Positions 16,286-25,070 of a stretch of DNA of 64,000 nucleotides are shown in pieces. Positions within the stretch are counted from its first letter, which is position 1; every line of letters starts with the position of its first letter. The position numbers and the translations under genes were made by a program. The stretch comes from a virus: positions 12,860 through 76,859 of IMG/VR virus record IMGVR_UViG_3300027908_000024; one strand, written 5' to 3'. The notes beneath the pieces are model-generated. The model saw only the letters and a list, made by a program, of their open reading frames with translations. It was not told where the DNA came from and did no database searches.

Positions 16286-16803
16286 TGCGGTCTCGCCAGA
16301 ATGATATTTGCCTCAGATTCCACGCCGCGCTCGTTCTTCACGGTAGGCAAGCGATAATGTTTCGAGCAGAAATTCCTAACCCGCGTCATGCCACGACGCT
16401 CTTGCAAGATTCCATCTGGCAATCGTATCGGTGAAAGCATCTGCGTCTCAGCCACCGTCCAACCGGCAAGCTGGTTGCAGCCGCGAACCTCGCAATAGTC
16501 TCCGGCGATCAGCAGACGTGGATTGACGGCGCGGCGAAAGTCGATGACTTCCTCCGTTGCAGCCCTGGCATCCACGGCGGAAGGTTGGAGCAGTTTCACG
16601 CCAGAGCGCTTTGCCACAAATGACAAACGTGCCCTGCCACCGCGCTGCCGTCTCGGTGTGGCGATCCTCTCCCCGTCAGGCGTCGTGACCCATGCCAGGT
16701 ATTCGCCGGTTTCCGTATTGGCCCAGAAGGCAAAGCGAATTGGCCGGTTGGTGTCCAGGTCTATCAGATCACCGGCGATACCGGAGTTAGAGTGGATGAT
16801 CAT
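16282..16803 (-). CDS. Hypothetical protein in the tail module
   Basis: 173 aa, CxxxxC...CxxH motif, 4-nt overlap with the next gene. Confidence 0.6.
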   Translation of the reverse strand: MIIHSNSGIAGDLIDLDTNRPIRFAFWANTETGEYLAWVTTPDGERIATPRRQRGGRARLSFVAKRSGVKLLQPSAVDARAATEEVIDFRRAVNPRLLIAGDYCEVRGCNQLAGWTVAETQMLSPIRLPDGILQERRGMTRVRNFCSKHYRLPTVKNERGVESEANIILARPQ

Positions 16804-16804
16804 G

Positions 16805-16913
16805 GTTCGCTGCGCTCACTTCGTGGGGCGTTCGGAAATCGTGAGGCGTGGTTCGTGTGGCGAGAAGAGGCGAACGGCGCTTTCCTCCACGAACCACGCC
16901 TCACGATTTCACG
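16805..16913. repeat. Heptamer-armed inverted repeat element (CGTGAGG/CGTGGTT type)
   Basis: gttcgctgcgctc plus a perfect 18-bp inverted repeat cgtgaggcgtggttcgtg (16840-57) / cacgaaccacgcctcacg (16888-905). Confidence 0.85.
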
Positions 16914-17322
16914 CTGGCCTCGCCCATCCGGGCTGCGCGCGGCCAGCGAAATTATAGATGACCTTCTGCCTGACGTTCGCGCTGTTCTGCGCCGACAGAA
17001 TACACATGTACGGCACGTTCCAGAACGTGGCATCGGCGATGTTCTCGTAGAGTGCCGTGTTGGGGAACAGGTCTTGCGGGTAAATGCCCGGCGGGCTCAC
17101 GGACTGATTGGTTCCAGCATTCCAGTCGCTCTTGATGTCGATGCCGAGCCCCTCGATGCCGGTCAAGAGTTGCTCTTGCCCGTTCGTCTCGAATGAGGTC
17201 GTATCGAGCTTGTCGGCCTCGTCCTGGACGGCCCACTCGTTGGCGAAGAGGATGGCGGATGCCGGACCGCAGATAATACGTCCCGATTTACCGGCTCTGA
17301 ATGTCGCAACGGGTCCCGCCAT
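16909..17322 (-). CDS. Tail tube (major tail) protein
   Basis: 137 aa with EWAVQDEADKLDTTSFETNG...GLGIDIKSDW...VIYNFAGRA, a typical tube-protein pattern; position before the chaperones. Confidence 0.75.
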   Translation of the reverse strand: MAGPVATFRAGKSGRIICGPASAILFANEWAVQDEADKLDTTSFETNGQEQLLTGIEGLGIDIKSDWNAGTNQSVSPPGIYPQDLFPNTALYENIADATFWNVPYMCILSAQNSANVRQKVIYNFAGRAQPGWARPA

Positions 17323-17352
17323 CGTTCACTCATCCTTTCAATCTTCAATCAA

Positions 17353-17964
17353 TTACGCTGCCAGGAAGCTGACATATACGTCAGCGGCAAAGGTGGCGTC
17401 ATTGTTGGTGATCTTGACCGTCTTGACCGTAGAACTGACGACCGTGATGCCAGCCGCCGTGGCGTCCGCGTAGGCTTGCTGACCACCGTTGTTGATCGTC
17501 AGCGTCGGCGTCGTGCCGGCAAGATTGAGCAGGCACGGATTGCTGGAGCCACCGCCGATCGTTATGGAACTGCACTGCGTGCCGTTGACGCTGTCCTGCG
17601 TGGCGTTCAGCAGAGCAAACTCGTATGCCTTCACCTTGGCGATCGTCGTCACCGTATTGCCGAGGACATCGACGATGGAGGTAAGATCCAGCGTAACGGA
17701 ACTGGACGCCGAGACGCTCTGAGTGTTCTGGATGACGAATTGAACCTGGCCGGCACCGGCCCCCAGCGCATAGGTGGATCTCAGCGTAATGGTCGCCCCG
17801 CCGGACGGTGCCGACAGGCCGATCCCGCTGGAATTGGCCGGCCCCTGAACCTGCACCGAGTTGACAACCGCCTGGTAGGATGTCAGTGCAGAATAGGCCA
17901 TTGTTCCAACAACGAGCAGGAAAAATACGACCGCAACACCAATGCTGATCGCGAGAAAAAGCAT
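17353..17964 (-). CDS. Putative virion structural protein
   Basis: 203 aa, Thr/Ser/Val-rich and beta-like; TAATG overlap with the upstream gene. Confidence 0.6.
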   Translation of the reverse strand: MLFLAISIGVAVVFFLLVVGTMAYSALTSYQAVVNSVQVQGPANSSGIGLSAPSGGATITLRSTYALGAGAGQVQFVIQNTQSVSASSSVTLDLTSIVDVLGNTVTTIAKVKAYEFALLNATQDSVNGTQCSSITIGGGSSNPCLLNLAGTTPTLTINNGGQQAYADATAAGITVVSSTVKTVKITNNDATFAADVYVSFLAA

Positions 17965-18470
17965 TATTTAGCCTCCCTCAAATGGAACGAATGCGGTGTC
18001 TTGCCGGAGGCATCGAACGGAACACCTTTGACATTCAGGTGCGGCTTGTATGGTTCGACCGGTTTGCCGGCGTCGTCCTGATAGCGAACATGATGCCGGT
18101 CCGGGATGAGATGGATCATCGCCGGCCGATCCGCCGCGAAGGTGGCCGCCTCGGAAGGATGGAAGGATGACGGATCGATGGCAGCAATGTCCACGGACCC
18201 ATCGGGGTTGACGCCAGCGATCCACGCCGGCCAGCGACTGATCGGCTCCCCGAGTTTAATCGCCTGACCGTTGCCGGCCACCAGTTCGCCGCCGTGACGG
18301 CGGAACTTGCCGTGTTTCTTGTGGTTAGCGCGCGCCCCGGCGCGTTCACCGTTTGATACATCCTTCACAAAGTGGAAGGCGTACTGCATCTCACCATCCA
18401 GGCCGATGAGCTGGGCATGTTCTGGGCCGGGGACAAAGTACACCGGAGCGCCGACTGTAAATTCTGGCAT
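17964..18470 (-). CDS. Hypothetical protein
   Basis: 168 aa, coupled within the head-tail operon. Confidence 0.6.
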   Translation of the reverse strand: MPEFTVGAPVYFVPGPEHAQLIGLDGEMQYAFHFVKDVSNGERAGARANHKKHGKFRRHGGELVAGNGQAIKLGEPISRWPAWIAGVNPDGSVDIAAIDPSSFHPSEAATFAADRPAMIHLIPDRHHVRYQDDAGKPVEPYKPHLNVKGVPFDASGKTPHSFHLREAK

Positions 18471-18481
18471 CGCCTGATCTC

Positions 18482-18943
18482 CTACGGTCGTCCCCTCAAC
18501 ATCTCGACACTGTATGTGAACCTTTGGGCGCTCGGCAAAAGTGGTGGTGCCACGCCAGAAAGGTCAACGCCGCTCGGCGCTGGATCGTATTCGCAATCGT
18601 ACACGGCCGTTCCTGCCAGCGTGGTGGCAAACAGTGCCTGCATGGCCTGTTCGCGGAAATCAAGTTGCCAGAACAGCGACGTTTGGTCAAATGCGTTGTC
18701 GATCACGGCCGTGAGGATCACAGGGAACTTGAACTCTGTGTTGCTTTCAAAAGCCAGTTCGCCAACGTCTTCCCATGTGTGGCGATCCGGCGAGACGATC
18801 ACGAGTGGAAACGTGTCGCCGTCACCAGAATTGCCGCGCTTTACGGTCGGCGATGAACGAAGAACTACTTTGGCTGAAGCCGTGACGGCGAGATTGGATA
18901 CTACGCCAAGAACTGCTTCAAGTACGCCACTGTAGACGCTCAT
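18482..18943 (-). CDS. Tail terminator/completion-like protein
   Basis: FPLVIVSP...FPVILTAVID...QRFTYSV pattern, size and position. Start at MSVYSG. Confidence 0.6.
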   Translation of the reverse strand: MSVYSGVLEAVLGVVSNLAVTASAKVVLRSSPTVKRGNSGDGDTFPLVIVSPDRHTWEDVGELAFESNTEFKFPVILTAVIDNAFDQTSLFWQLDFREQAMQALFATTLAGTAVYDCEYDPAPSGVDLSGVAPPLLPSAQRFTYSVEMLRGRP

Positions 18944-19329
18944 GAAATCCTCTGCGTCGGCAAAATATAAACCGACCCCATCAGATTCTTGTCGAACTTC
19001 TGCACCTGCCAGACCGCTCCTGCCAGATCGACGATGCGATCCCCCTCCTTGGGAGCCGGCGCGCCGGTCGGTTGACCGGTGCTGATCAGCACCGCCGCGT
19101 CGAGCCAGTCTTGCCAGATTTCCCAATTCCTTGTTGGCAAAGAGTCGATGACGATGCCGGATTGCTTGTCTTCCGCGCCACTGTAGGGCCGGCTCTTGGC
19201 GACAAACAGCTTGTAGCTGATGAAGGTTTGCGTCACATCGTTGGCAAGAACCAGGCTCTGAAACGTCACGGAAGTGCGTCCCGGGACGGTCGTTTTCCAG
19301 CGTCCACGAAGAAAGTATTGGTTGATCAT
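18940..19329 (-). CDS. Head closure/head-tail adaptor-like protein
   Basis: PKEGDRIVDLAGAVWQVQKFD pattern; position after the connector. Confidence 0.6.
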   Translation of the reverse strand: MINQYFLRGRWKTTVPGRTSVTFQSLVLANDVTQTFISYKLFVAKSRPYSGAEDKQSGIVIDSLPTRNWEIWQDWLDAAVLISTGQPTGAPAPKEGDRIVDLAGAVWQVQKFDKNLMGSVYILPTQRIS

Positions 19330-19337
19330 GATTGGCT

Positions 19338-20315
19338 CTAGCCGACAGAAACCTCGATGTACGTCGTCAATTTCGAGCGCAAGGACCCGAGTTCAGGGCT
19401 CTGGCCAGTCGCCAGCAAATTATAGCTATACCCCTCATACGACTCACTGGCCGGCAACCTCCCGCCAAACGGCGTATTGGTATACAGCAGCACGGCAAAC
19501 TCCGTCGCGCACTGCTGAAGATCCGCCGGTATGGTCGGATAGCCGTTCGTATACAACACCTTCGTCTCGCCAAAAACTCCCTGGGGCCAGCACGGAGCCC
19601 TACCGGCCGTCAGCGTTGACCTGGCACCGCCGGTCATGGACCAACCACCATCGCCCCAGAAGCCAGATCCCGGACCGGAACCCAGAATCGGCCCACCGCC
19701 AAGTCTGACCAGCATGCCGGAGTGGCCCAACTGATCCTGACCATCGAGCTTCGGAGAGAAGCTCCGACCACAGCGCAACTCGGTTGGCGCTGCATAAGGT
19801 CCACCCGGAGAATTCCCCACGCCGAAACCGAAGTTTCCCTGAGTGTCGATCCACACCGCGATGCCGAACACCAGTTGGACGTTGGTGCCGGATGCCGTGA
19901 CGGGAACATTTCCCGACGGATTCGTGAGCGTAACCGTGTTGGGGCTGGTTGTGATCGACAGGATGGTACTCTGCGTGAGGAGAGGAGTCTGTCCGGACCA
20001 ACTGGCACCTATGGTGCATGGCATGCCGACGACAAGGTTCGCCGTGCTGGACAGATTGGTGATCGTCGCACTGCCGGAAGTCAGTGTGCCCGTGTAGGTG
20101 AATACGTTCAACGGCCGCTGGCGCAGGACCATGTTGGGCTGAATGCTGCCCTTCGGATACTCCACAATCGTCTGTTGTTCGAGGAATCTGTGCGTGTAGT
20201 GCTTCAGTGCTGCGATGGCGGCGCTTACATAGTATCCGACCACGATGTCTTGGCTTTCATCGTTGATACCGATGACGGCCTTGACGATCTCAAGAGAAGT
20301 AAGTGGCTGGCCCAT
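19338..20315 (-). CDS. Head-tail connector (gp6/gp15-like) with a large beta-rich insertion
   Basis: N-term LTSLEIVKAVIGI...AAIAALKHYTHRFLEQQT and C-term YTNGYPTIPADLQQCATEFA, separated by about 200 aa of Thr/Gly-rich sequence. Confidence 0.75.
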   Translation of the reverse strand: MGQPLTSLEIVKAVIGINDESQDIVVGYYVSAAIAALKHYTHRFLEQQTIVEYPKGSIQPNMVLRQRPLNVFTYTGTLTSGSATITNLSSTANLVVGMPCTIGASWSGQTPLLTQSTILSITTSPNTVTLTNPSGNVPVTASGTNVQLVFGIAVWIDTQGNFGFGVGNSPGGPYAAPTELRCGRSFSPKLDGQDQLGHSGMLVRLGGGPILGSGPGSGFWGDGGWSMTGGARSTLTAGRAPCWPQGVFGETKVLYTNGYPTIPADLQQCATEFAVLLYTNTPFGGRLPASESYEGYSYNLLATGQSPELGSLRSKLTTYIEVSVG

Positions 20316-20320
20316 CTATG

Positions 20321-20439
20321 GTTCGCTGCGCTCGTAGTGTTCAGTGTTTCGTGTTTGGTGCGGAGCAATACTCCGCACGAACAGGGCGATGATACGAAAC
20401 ACGGAACACGGAACACAAAACACTACGAGCGCAGCGAAC
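20321..20439. repeat. Heptamer-armed palindromic element with an internal hairpin
   Basis: Terminal inverted repeat gttcgctgcgctcgtagtgtt / aacactacgagcgcagcgaac; internal stem gtgcggag-caata-ctccgcac (20358-78). Confidence 0.85.
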
Positions 20440-20690
20440 TAGGTTGGTTCGCTCATGACGTAATCTGCCTGTCCGTGCAACTTGATCCAGCGTTCCGCTT
20501 CGCGCAGGGCTTCTTCGTGCGCCAATCCGAGCGCGGCGAAGATCCAGTCCTTGCCGTCGCCGGTCGTGAGTCGGCGCTGCTTGCGAGCGTTGCCGATCTC
20601 TTCGTTGAGCCGGTACACGTAGGCGATCCACACGAAATGGTCGCGATGGGTGACGTGACGACTGGATCTTACATGAACGCTGAACCGCAT
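20439..20690 (-). CDS. Hypothetical protein sandwiched between two repeat elements
   Basis: 83 aa from MRFSVHV; the track's longer N-terminus translates repeat DNA. Confidence 0.5.
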   Translation of the reverse strand: MRFSVHVRSSRHVTHRDHFVWIAYVYRLNEEIGNARKQRRLTTGDGKDWIFAALGLAHEEALREAERWIKLHGQADYVMSEPT

Positions 20691-20694
20691 CGGA

Positions 20695-20795
20695 ATCTCG
20701 TGTTTTGTGTTTAGTGTTCCGTGTTTCGTGGCGTCGCTTACTACGATCGGAAGGTTGCTCGGTACTGAACACGAAACACGAAACACTGAATACTA
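20695..20795. repeat. Heptamer-armed inverted repeat element
   Basis: (GTGTTNN)x4 ... (AACACGA)x3, same family as the elements at 9799 and 20321. Confidence 0.8.
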
Positions 20796-21143
20796 TGCCG
20801 TAAAGATGACGCCCTCGACGTTGCTTTCATCCACGAGCAGCAACTTCGGCCAGTCGCGGTTTGGCATCGGCACTTCGACGGCACCATAGATATTGAACGC
20901 CACGACTTCTCCTGGCGCGACCTGGATCGGCACCAGCGTACCCGCTTCGTCGGATTCCATCAAACGTCCAGGTCCGACAGCAAGCACGGTGCCACGATGT
21001 TGATAATGGCGGTCGAACTGGTTCTTTGGCGGCGGCAGATAGAAACCCGATGGCGTCTGGTCCTTGGGCTTGTGCTGCTCGATCAACAGGCGTGAGCCCG
21101 TGGGGTGGATCGTGGAGGCGAAAGCGTCAAAGGCTTTGGTCAT
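20793..21143 (-). CDS. groES: GroES/Cpn10-like co-chaperonin
   Basis: IHPTGSRLLIE...QTPSGFYLP...RGTVLAVGPGR...VAPGEVVAF...LLLVDESNVEGVI matches the GroES consensus. Confidence 0.85.
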   Translation of the reverse strand: MTKAFDAFASTIHPTGSRLLIEQHKPKDQTPSGFYLPPPKNQFDRHYQHRGTVLAVGPGRLMESDEAGTLVPIQVAPGEVVAFNIYGAVEVPMPNRDWPKLLLVDESNVEGVIFTA

Positions 21144-21256
21144 GTTTTTTCCTGAATGTTGTAGGCGATCACTAAATTCACCAGAAGCGCTGATGGTTCC
21201 GACACTAATAACGTATTCAGCCTCTTTACCTGGCATAAGAGGAATTCCTCGATTGC

Positions 21257-21937
21257 TCACGACTTCTTCTCGTCCGGGTTGGGCAGGAAGCCGCAAGCAA
21301 TCGCCGCCTCGATCAGCAGCTGCGCTGGCGATTTGTCTTCGCGCTTGGCGCGCTTCGTCAGCGACTCAGCCTGCTCGCATGTCACCGGCACATCGATCTT
21401 GATCCCGCCCGTGAATCCATTGGAGCGCTTGCGCTCCAGGTAGATGATCTGCTGCTGTTCGGTACGGATCTCGCTACCAGAGAAAATCTGGTTGATCTCC
21501 TGCGCCTTGAGGTCAAGCGGATCGCTGACAAGACGATTCGTATAGCCACCATCGGGCGAGAAAACAACGAGCAACAGTGGCTCGCCATCAATGACCTTGC
21601 GCTGAAGCGCCAGCGGCAACCGAGTCACACGGTCCAGCAGAACCAGATTGCGGTTGTACATCACGACCGCTTCAGGACTGGCCTCATGGTGCGCCACCCG
21701 GAGCAGATAACGAGCCAGCGGGAAGTTCGCCAGCGACTCCAAACTGATCTCGCGTCTCTCCAGCTCATAGAGGCAGCGGCTTGCGAGCACGACCGATTCA
21801 ACGACCGTGATCAGGAAGCCTTCCAGTCGGTCAAGAACCTCTTCTGTGGTCAGAGCGGCGAGTTCTTGATCAACCCGTTCCGTTGAGGTCAGCAGGTCGC
21901 TGGCCTTATTTTTTCGCGGACTGAGTGTCGTGGTCAT
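21257..21937 (-). CDS. Hypothetical protein, possible C-terminal ribbon-helix-helix
   Basis: 226 aa; C-term IDVPVTCEQAESLTKRAKREDKSPAQLLIEA. Confidence 0.6.
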   Translation of the reverse strand: MTTTLSPRKNKASDLLTSTERVDQELAALTTEEVLDRLEGFLITVVESVVLASRCLYELERREISLESLANFPLARYLLRVAHHEASPEAVVMYNRNLVLLDRVTRLPLALQRKVIDGEPLLLVVFSPDGGYTNRLVSDPLDLKAQEINQIFSGSEIRTEQQQIIYLERKRSNGFTGGIKIDVPVTCEQAESLTKRAKREDKSPAQLLIEAAIACGFLPNPDEKKS

Positions 21938-22610
21938 GGATTAACTCCTTGGCTTTGGCGATGATGGCCGCGATGTCTGTGTGATTTTGAAGTTCGCGTT
22001 GATCGCGATGCAGTTTGCGAAGACGTTGTTGCGACTTCTCCCTGTACCCAGGCTGTTGCTGCCGCATCTGTTGGCGTTCTTGCTCTTTCGCCTTTATTTC
22101 TGGCCGCTGGAGCCGTTGTCTTGCTTTTTCCTTCACATCGGGTCGTCGGCTCCTCCTGAGACCACTCTCCCGTTTCTTTTCCTTAACCTCTGGCCGCTGC
22201 CTGTATTCCTGTTCTCGCGCCTTAACTCCAGGTTGCAGTTTCTGCTTCTGTCGATATTGGCGCTCCTTTTCTTTGATCTCTGGACGCTGCCTTTGACGGC
22301 GCGATGATTCGTTCTTCCTCGCCTTTACCTCTGGACGTTGCCTTCGCTGGCGCTCATAGTCAAGTATTTTCTTCCTCTTCTCTGGGTCCAGGTAGCGATT
22401 GCGTTGATATTCTTGTTGCTTTTGTCTGATTTCTGGTCGTTGATAATTCTTTCGACCGCGCTCGCGTGCTTTTTCAACAACTTCTGGCCTCTGCCAATAC
22501 GCATCACGCGCCATTCTCGCTCCGATTATTTTGCAATCGTCCGAACAGAACTTTCTCCGTCTCCCCTTCTCAAACTCCTTCCCACACACCGCACAATTCG
22601 CCTTGCTCAT
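21906..22610 (-). CDS. Zn-finger plus (R/Q)RPE(V/I)K repeat basic protein
   Basis: CAVCGKEF...FCSDDC followed by about 9 QRPE-like helical repeats. Confidence 0.65.
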   Translation of the reverse strand: MSKANCAVCGKEFEKGRRRKFCSDDCKIIGARMARDAYWQRPEVVEKARERGRKNYQRPEIRQKQQEYQRNRYLDPEKRKKILDYERQRRQRPEVKARKNESSRRQRQRPEIKEKERQYRQKQKLQPGVKAREQEYRQRPEVKEKKRESGLRRSRRPDVKEKARQRLQRPEIKAKEQERQQMRQQQPGYREKSQQRLRKLHRDQRELQNHTDIAAIIAKAKELIHDHDTQSAKK

Positions 22611-22640
22611 GGCGCACCTCCACGCTGAATCTTGGCAAGA

Positions 22641-22988
22641 TCATGTCCATGACTCGTCGTCTGTGAAACCGGAATCATTCATAAAATCTCCGATTTCATC
22701 AATAACAGCTTGATGCTCAAAAGGATCGTCGTCAACCAAGAGCACAAGCATCGCCCTTATCAGGAGATGGACAGCGCGTTCGCTGGTCGGTTCGGCGATC
22801 CATTGTGGTGTTGTCATCGTTTGGACTCCTGCTGGTTGTGTGCCGACAGTATCCTGCACTTTCCGCCGGATTTCGACAAGACGATTTTCGACGATTCGAC
22901 ATTCCTCATCGGTAAGGCCGAGAAAATCTCCGGGATTTCCCATACGGAATCCCGCCGCTTCCAGGGCATCACGCTTGCCCTTCGTCAT
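22641..22988 (-). CDS. Hypothetical protein with an N-terminus resembling XRE antitoxin leaders
   Basis: KRDALEAAGFRMGNPGDFLGLTDEE; no HTH follows. Confidence 0.5.
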   Translation of the reverse strand: MTKGKRDALEAAGFRMGNPGDFLGLTDEECRIVENRLVEIRRKVQDTVGTQPAGVQTMTTPQWIAEPTSERAVHLLIRAMLVLLVDDDPFEHQAVIDEIGDFMNDSGFTDDESWT

Positions 22989-22992
22989 CGTG

Positions 22993-25047
22993 TTATCCGG
23001 TGGTTAGCGCTAGTTGACACGGATAGCGCTTTTGCGCGAGCGGGATGAACTTGGTGCCAGGCGTGCCGGGAAGCTCCATCTTGCCGTCCTGGTTAACCCA
23101 GAAGCCGAGAGTCTCGCCCTCCCAGACGATCGGTTCGTCGATGCCGTCTCTGGCAGCTCGTGACTCTTCAGTTTCCTCATCGATGCGACACAGAATCGGC
23201 CCACCGTTGGTCGGGCACCACGAGTACCACTTGTACGAATCGCTCGGGTTGGGCAGCGGATAGAACCACAGATCGTGATCGCAATGACAGCGGGCACAGT
23301 TACGGATTGGCAGCCTCTGGCACGGTGATGCTTCCTGATGTGACATGCTCGGTTCGCCGGTGCCGACGAATCGTTCGTACCACTTCTTGCGGAAGCGCTC
23401 CACTTCCTCATCGGTGGGATTGTCGAGGATCTCTTGGAAGGTGCGTGTGGGTGGCTCTTGCTTATCTGGCCCATTGGTTGGCGCTGGATCTTTCCGGGGA
23501 AAATCGCCGCGCACCAGTCGGATAATCTTGTTGTAATATCGCTCCAAGACCTCATCCGTCGGATCACCAAATCCGCCATTCTTCATCTGATCCATGATGA
23601 AATGAACGGCAACCAGTTGGCTCCGCGTCATGTCTTCCTTGACGCCGATAACACCGAATTTTGTCGCGGCATCGCCTTCGGTCGTCTTGAGCGTGACGGA
23701 CGGAGACGATTCCTTCGGACGTGCCGAAGCGTGCCGCCTGAGTAGGAATTGCAGCAATTTGTCAGAATGCTTCTGGGGAGTCTCTTGCTCCTCCTGCTTA
23801 TTGAGAACCTGTAAGACCCTGGCGAAGACGCGATCCGCGATGGCCTTTTCGCTCTCATCCATCACATCACGCAGTGCATCCTTGAAGTCGATCCCCTTGA
23901 TGGTTGGCTTCTGTTCCTCTGCTTCCTCTGCTTCCTCATGCATGGTCAGTTGCTCCTCTGGTTTTGGCGATGCGCCAGCCACATCAGCCGCTTTGTCTTC
24001 CCTGATCTTGGCCATATACTCCCGAGACAGTTTCTGGCGATGTTTCTCATGTTCATGTTCGCCGCTGACCAGCAAAGCAATCTTCTCCTTGTCGCCGGAG
24101 GCCAATGTTTCAACGACCATCTTGATGTCGCGGAAGCTATCGACCGTGATGCAGGGAACCGGCAAGAGATCCTGACCAATATCGTTCTTGAAGCTAGTAC
24201 AGTAACAGCCACCAACCATCGCTTCCGGACACCATTGGACCCAGATGCATTGATGGTTGCTAATCCGGATGAACAAAACAGTCTCACGCCTCTTGTCGGT
24301 GTGTTGACTGGTCGGCAGACTGCCGGATTGGATAGTGGCACCTTCCGGCAGAAGCAAGGCATTACTCTTGGCCTTCTCTTCCACCAGCAACTTCTCGCGA
24401 TCCTTGATATTCTGCACAATCACCTCCAGCTCTTTCTCTTTGCCGTTTGCCAACGATTCCACGATCAACCGAATGTCGTGTCGCCAGCGGGTGCGGATCG
24501 GCGCGCGATAGTTCGTTGGATCGGGATGCTGCATCGTGATCGAGAACTCGCCCGGCTCGAACATGCCAGGTTCCCAGACGACGTTGATGACACGGTGGTC
24601 CTGAAGAACCACGTTAAGCCAGCAGTGGCGAAACTTCTCGTTGGTATCCAGCTCAGGGATGCTGCCCCAGACCTTGGAACCGGCAGGAAGTATGAGGCCG
24701 GACGGAGCGAATGTTTGCAGTTTCGCGGTGCGCTCTTCGATGCTCCGGAGGATGTTCTTGAGATCCTCTTCGTGGCCGTTGGCGAGCGCTTCGACGATCA
24801 TGAGAGCGTCATGGGTGGTGTCGGCGAAGAGGTCAGGACGAGCCATGTTGCCATTGCTAGTCGTTTCAATCAGCCAGCAAATGCAACCCGATGGGCCTTT
24901 GTCCGCAAACGCCCTGACCATTGAGACGACCGGCCGCTCTGGGAGAATGACCGTCAGATGAGGAGCTAAGTTTCGGCTGTCCGGCACCGTCTCCGGAAGC
25001 GAGCCATAAACCTTGCATCCCTCACGCAGATTCAACGTCGTCTTCAT
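22993..25047 (-). CDS. Hypothetical protein with three tandem ~100-aa repeats
   Basis: Repeats L(R/P)xGxK/T(V/I)xGS(L/I)P ... DxxxxVExLAxGxxE three times. Start at MKTTLNL (GAGGA RBS). Confidence 0.7.
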   Translation of the reverse strand: MKTTLNLREGCKVYGSLPETVPDSRNLAPHLTVILPERPVVSMVRAFADKGPSGCICWLIETTSNGNMARPDLFADTTHDALMIVEALANGHEEDLKNILRSIEERTAKLQTFAPSGLILPAGSKVWGSIPELDTNEKFRHCWLNVVLQDHRVINVVWEPGMFEPGEFSITMQHPDPTNYRAPIRTRWRHDIRLIVESLANGKEKELEVIVQNIKDREKLLVEEKAKSNALLLPEGATIQSGSLPTSQHTDKRRETVLFIRISNHQCIWVQWCPEAMVGGCYCTSFKNDIGQDLLPVPCITVDSFRDIKMVVETLASGDKEKIALLVSGEHEHEKHRQKLSREYMAKIREDKAADVAGASPKPEEQLTMHEEAEEAEEQKPTIKGIDFKDALRDVMDESEKAIADRVFARVLQVLNKQEEQETPQKHSDKLLQFLLRRHASARPKESSPSVTLKTTEGDAATKFGVIGVKEDMTRSQLVAVHFIMDQMKNGGFGDPTDEVLERYYNKIIRLVRGDFPRKDPAPTNGPDKQEPPTRTFQEILDNPTDEEVERFRKKWYERFVGTGEPSMSHQEASPCQRLPIRNCARCHCDHDLWFYPLPNPSDSYKWYSWCPTNGGPILCRIDEETEESRAARDGIDEPIVWEGETLGFWVNQDGKMELPGTPGTKFIPLAQKRYPCQLALTTG

Positions 25048-25070
25048 CGTCAGTCCTCTTGTGTTTCGGT

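Noticed and set aside
16909-18943. Contractile tail (sheath) or a GTA/tailocin interpretation
   Set aside because: No sheath- or baseplate-wedge-like ORF was seen. The G/GT plus TMP layout and the many accessory genes fit a siphovirus-like phage.
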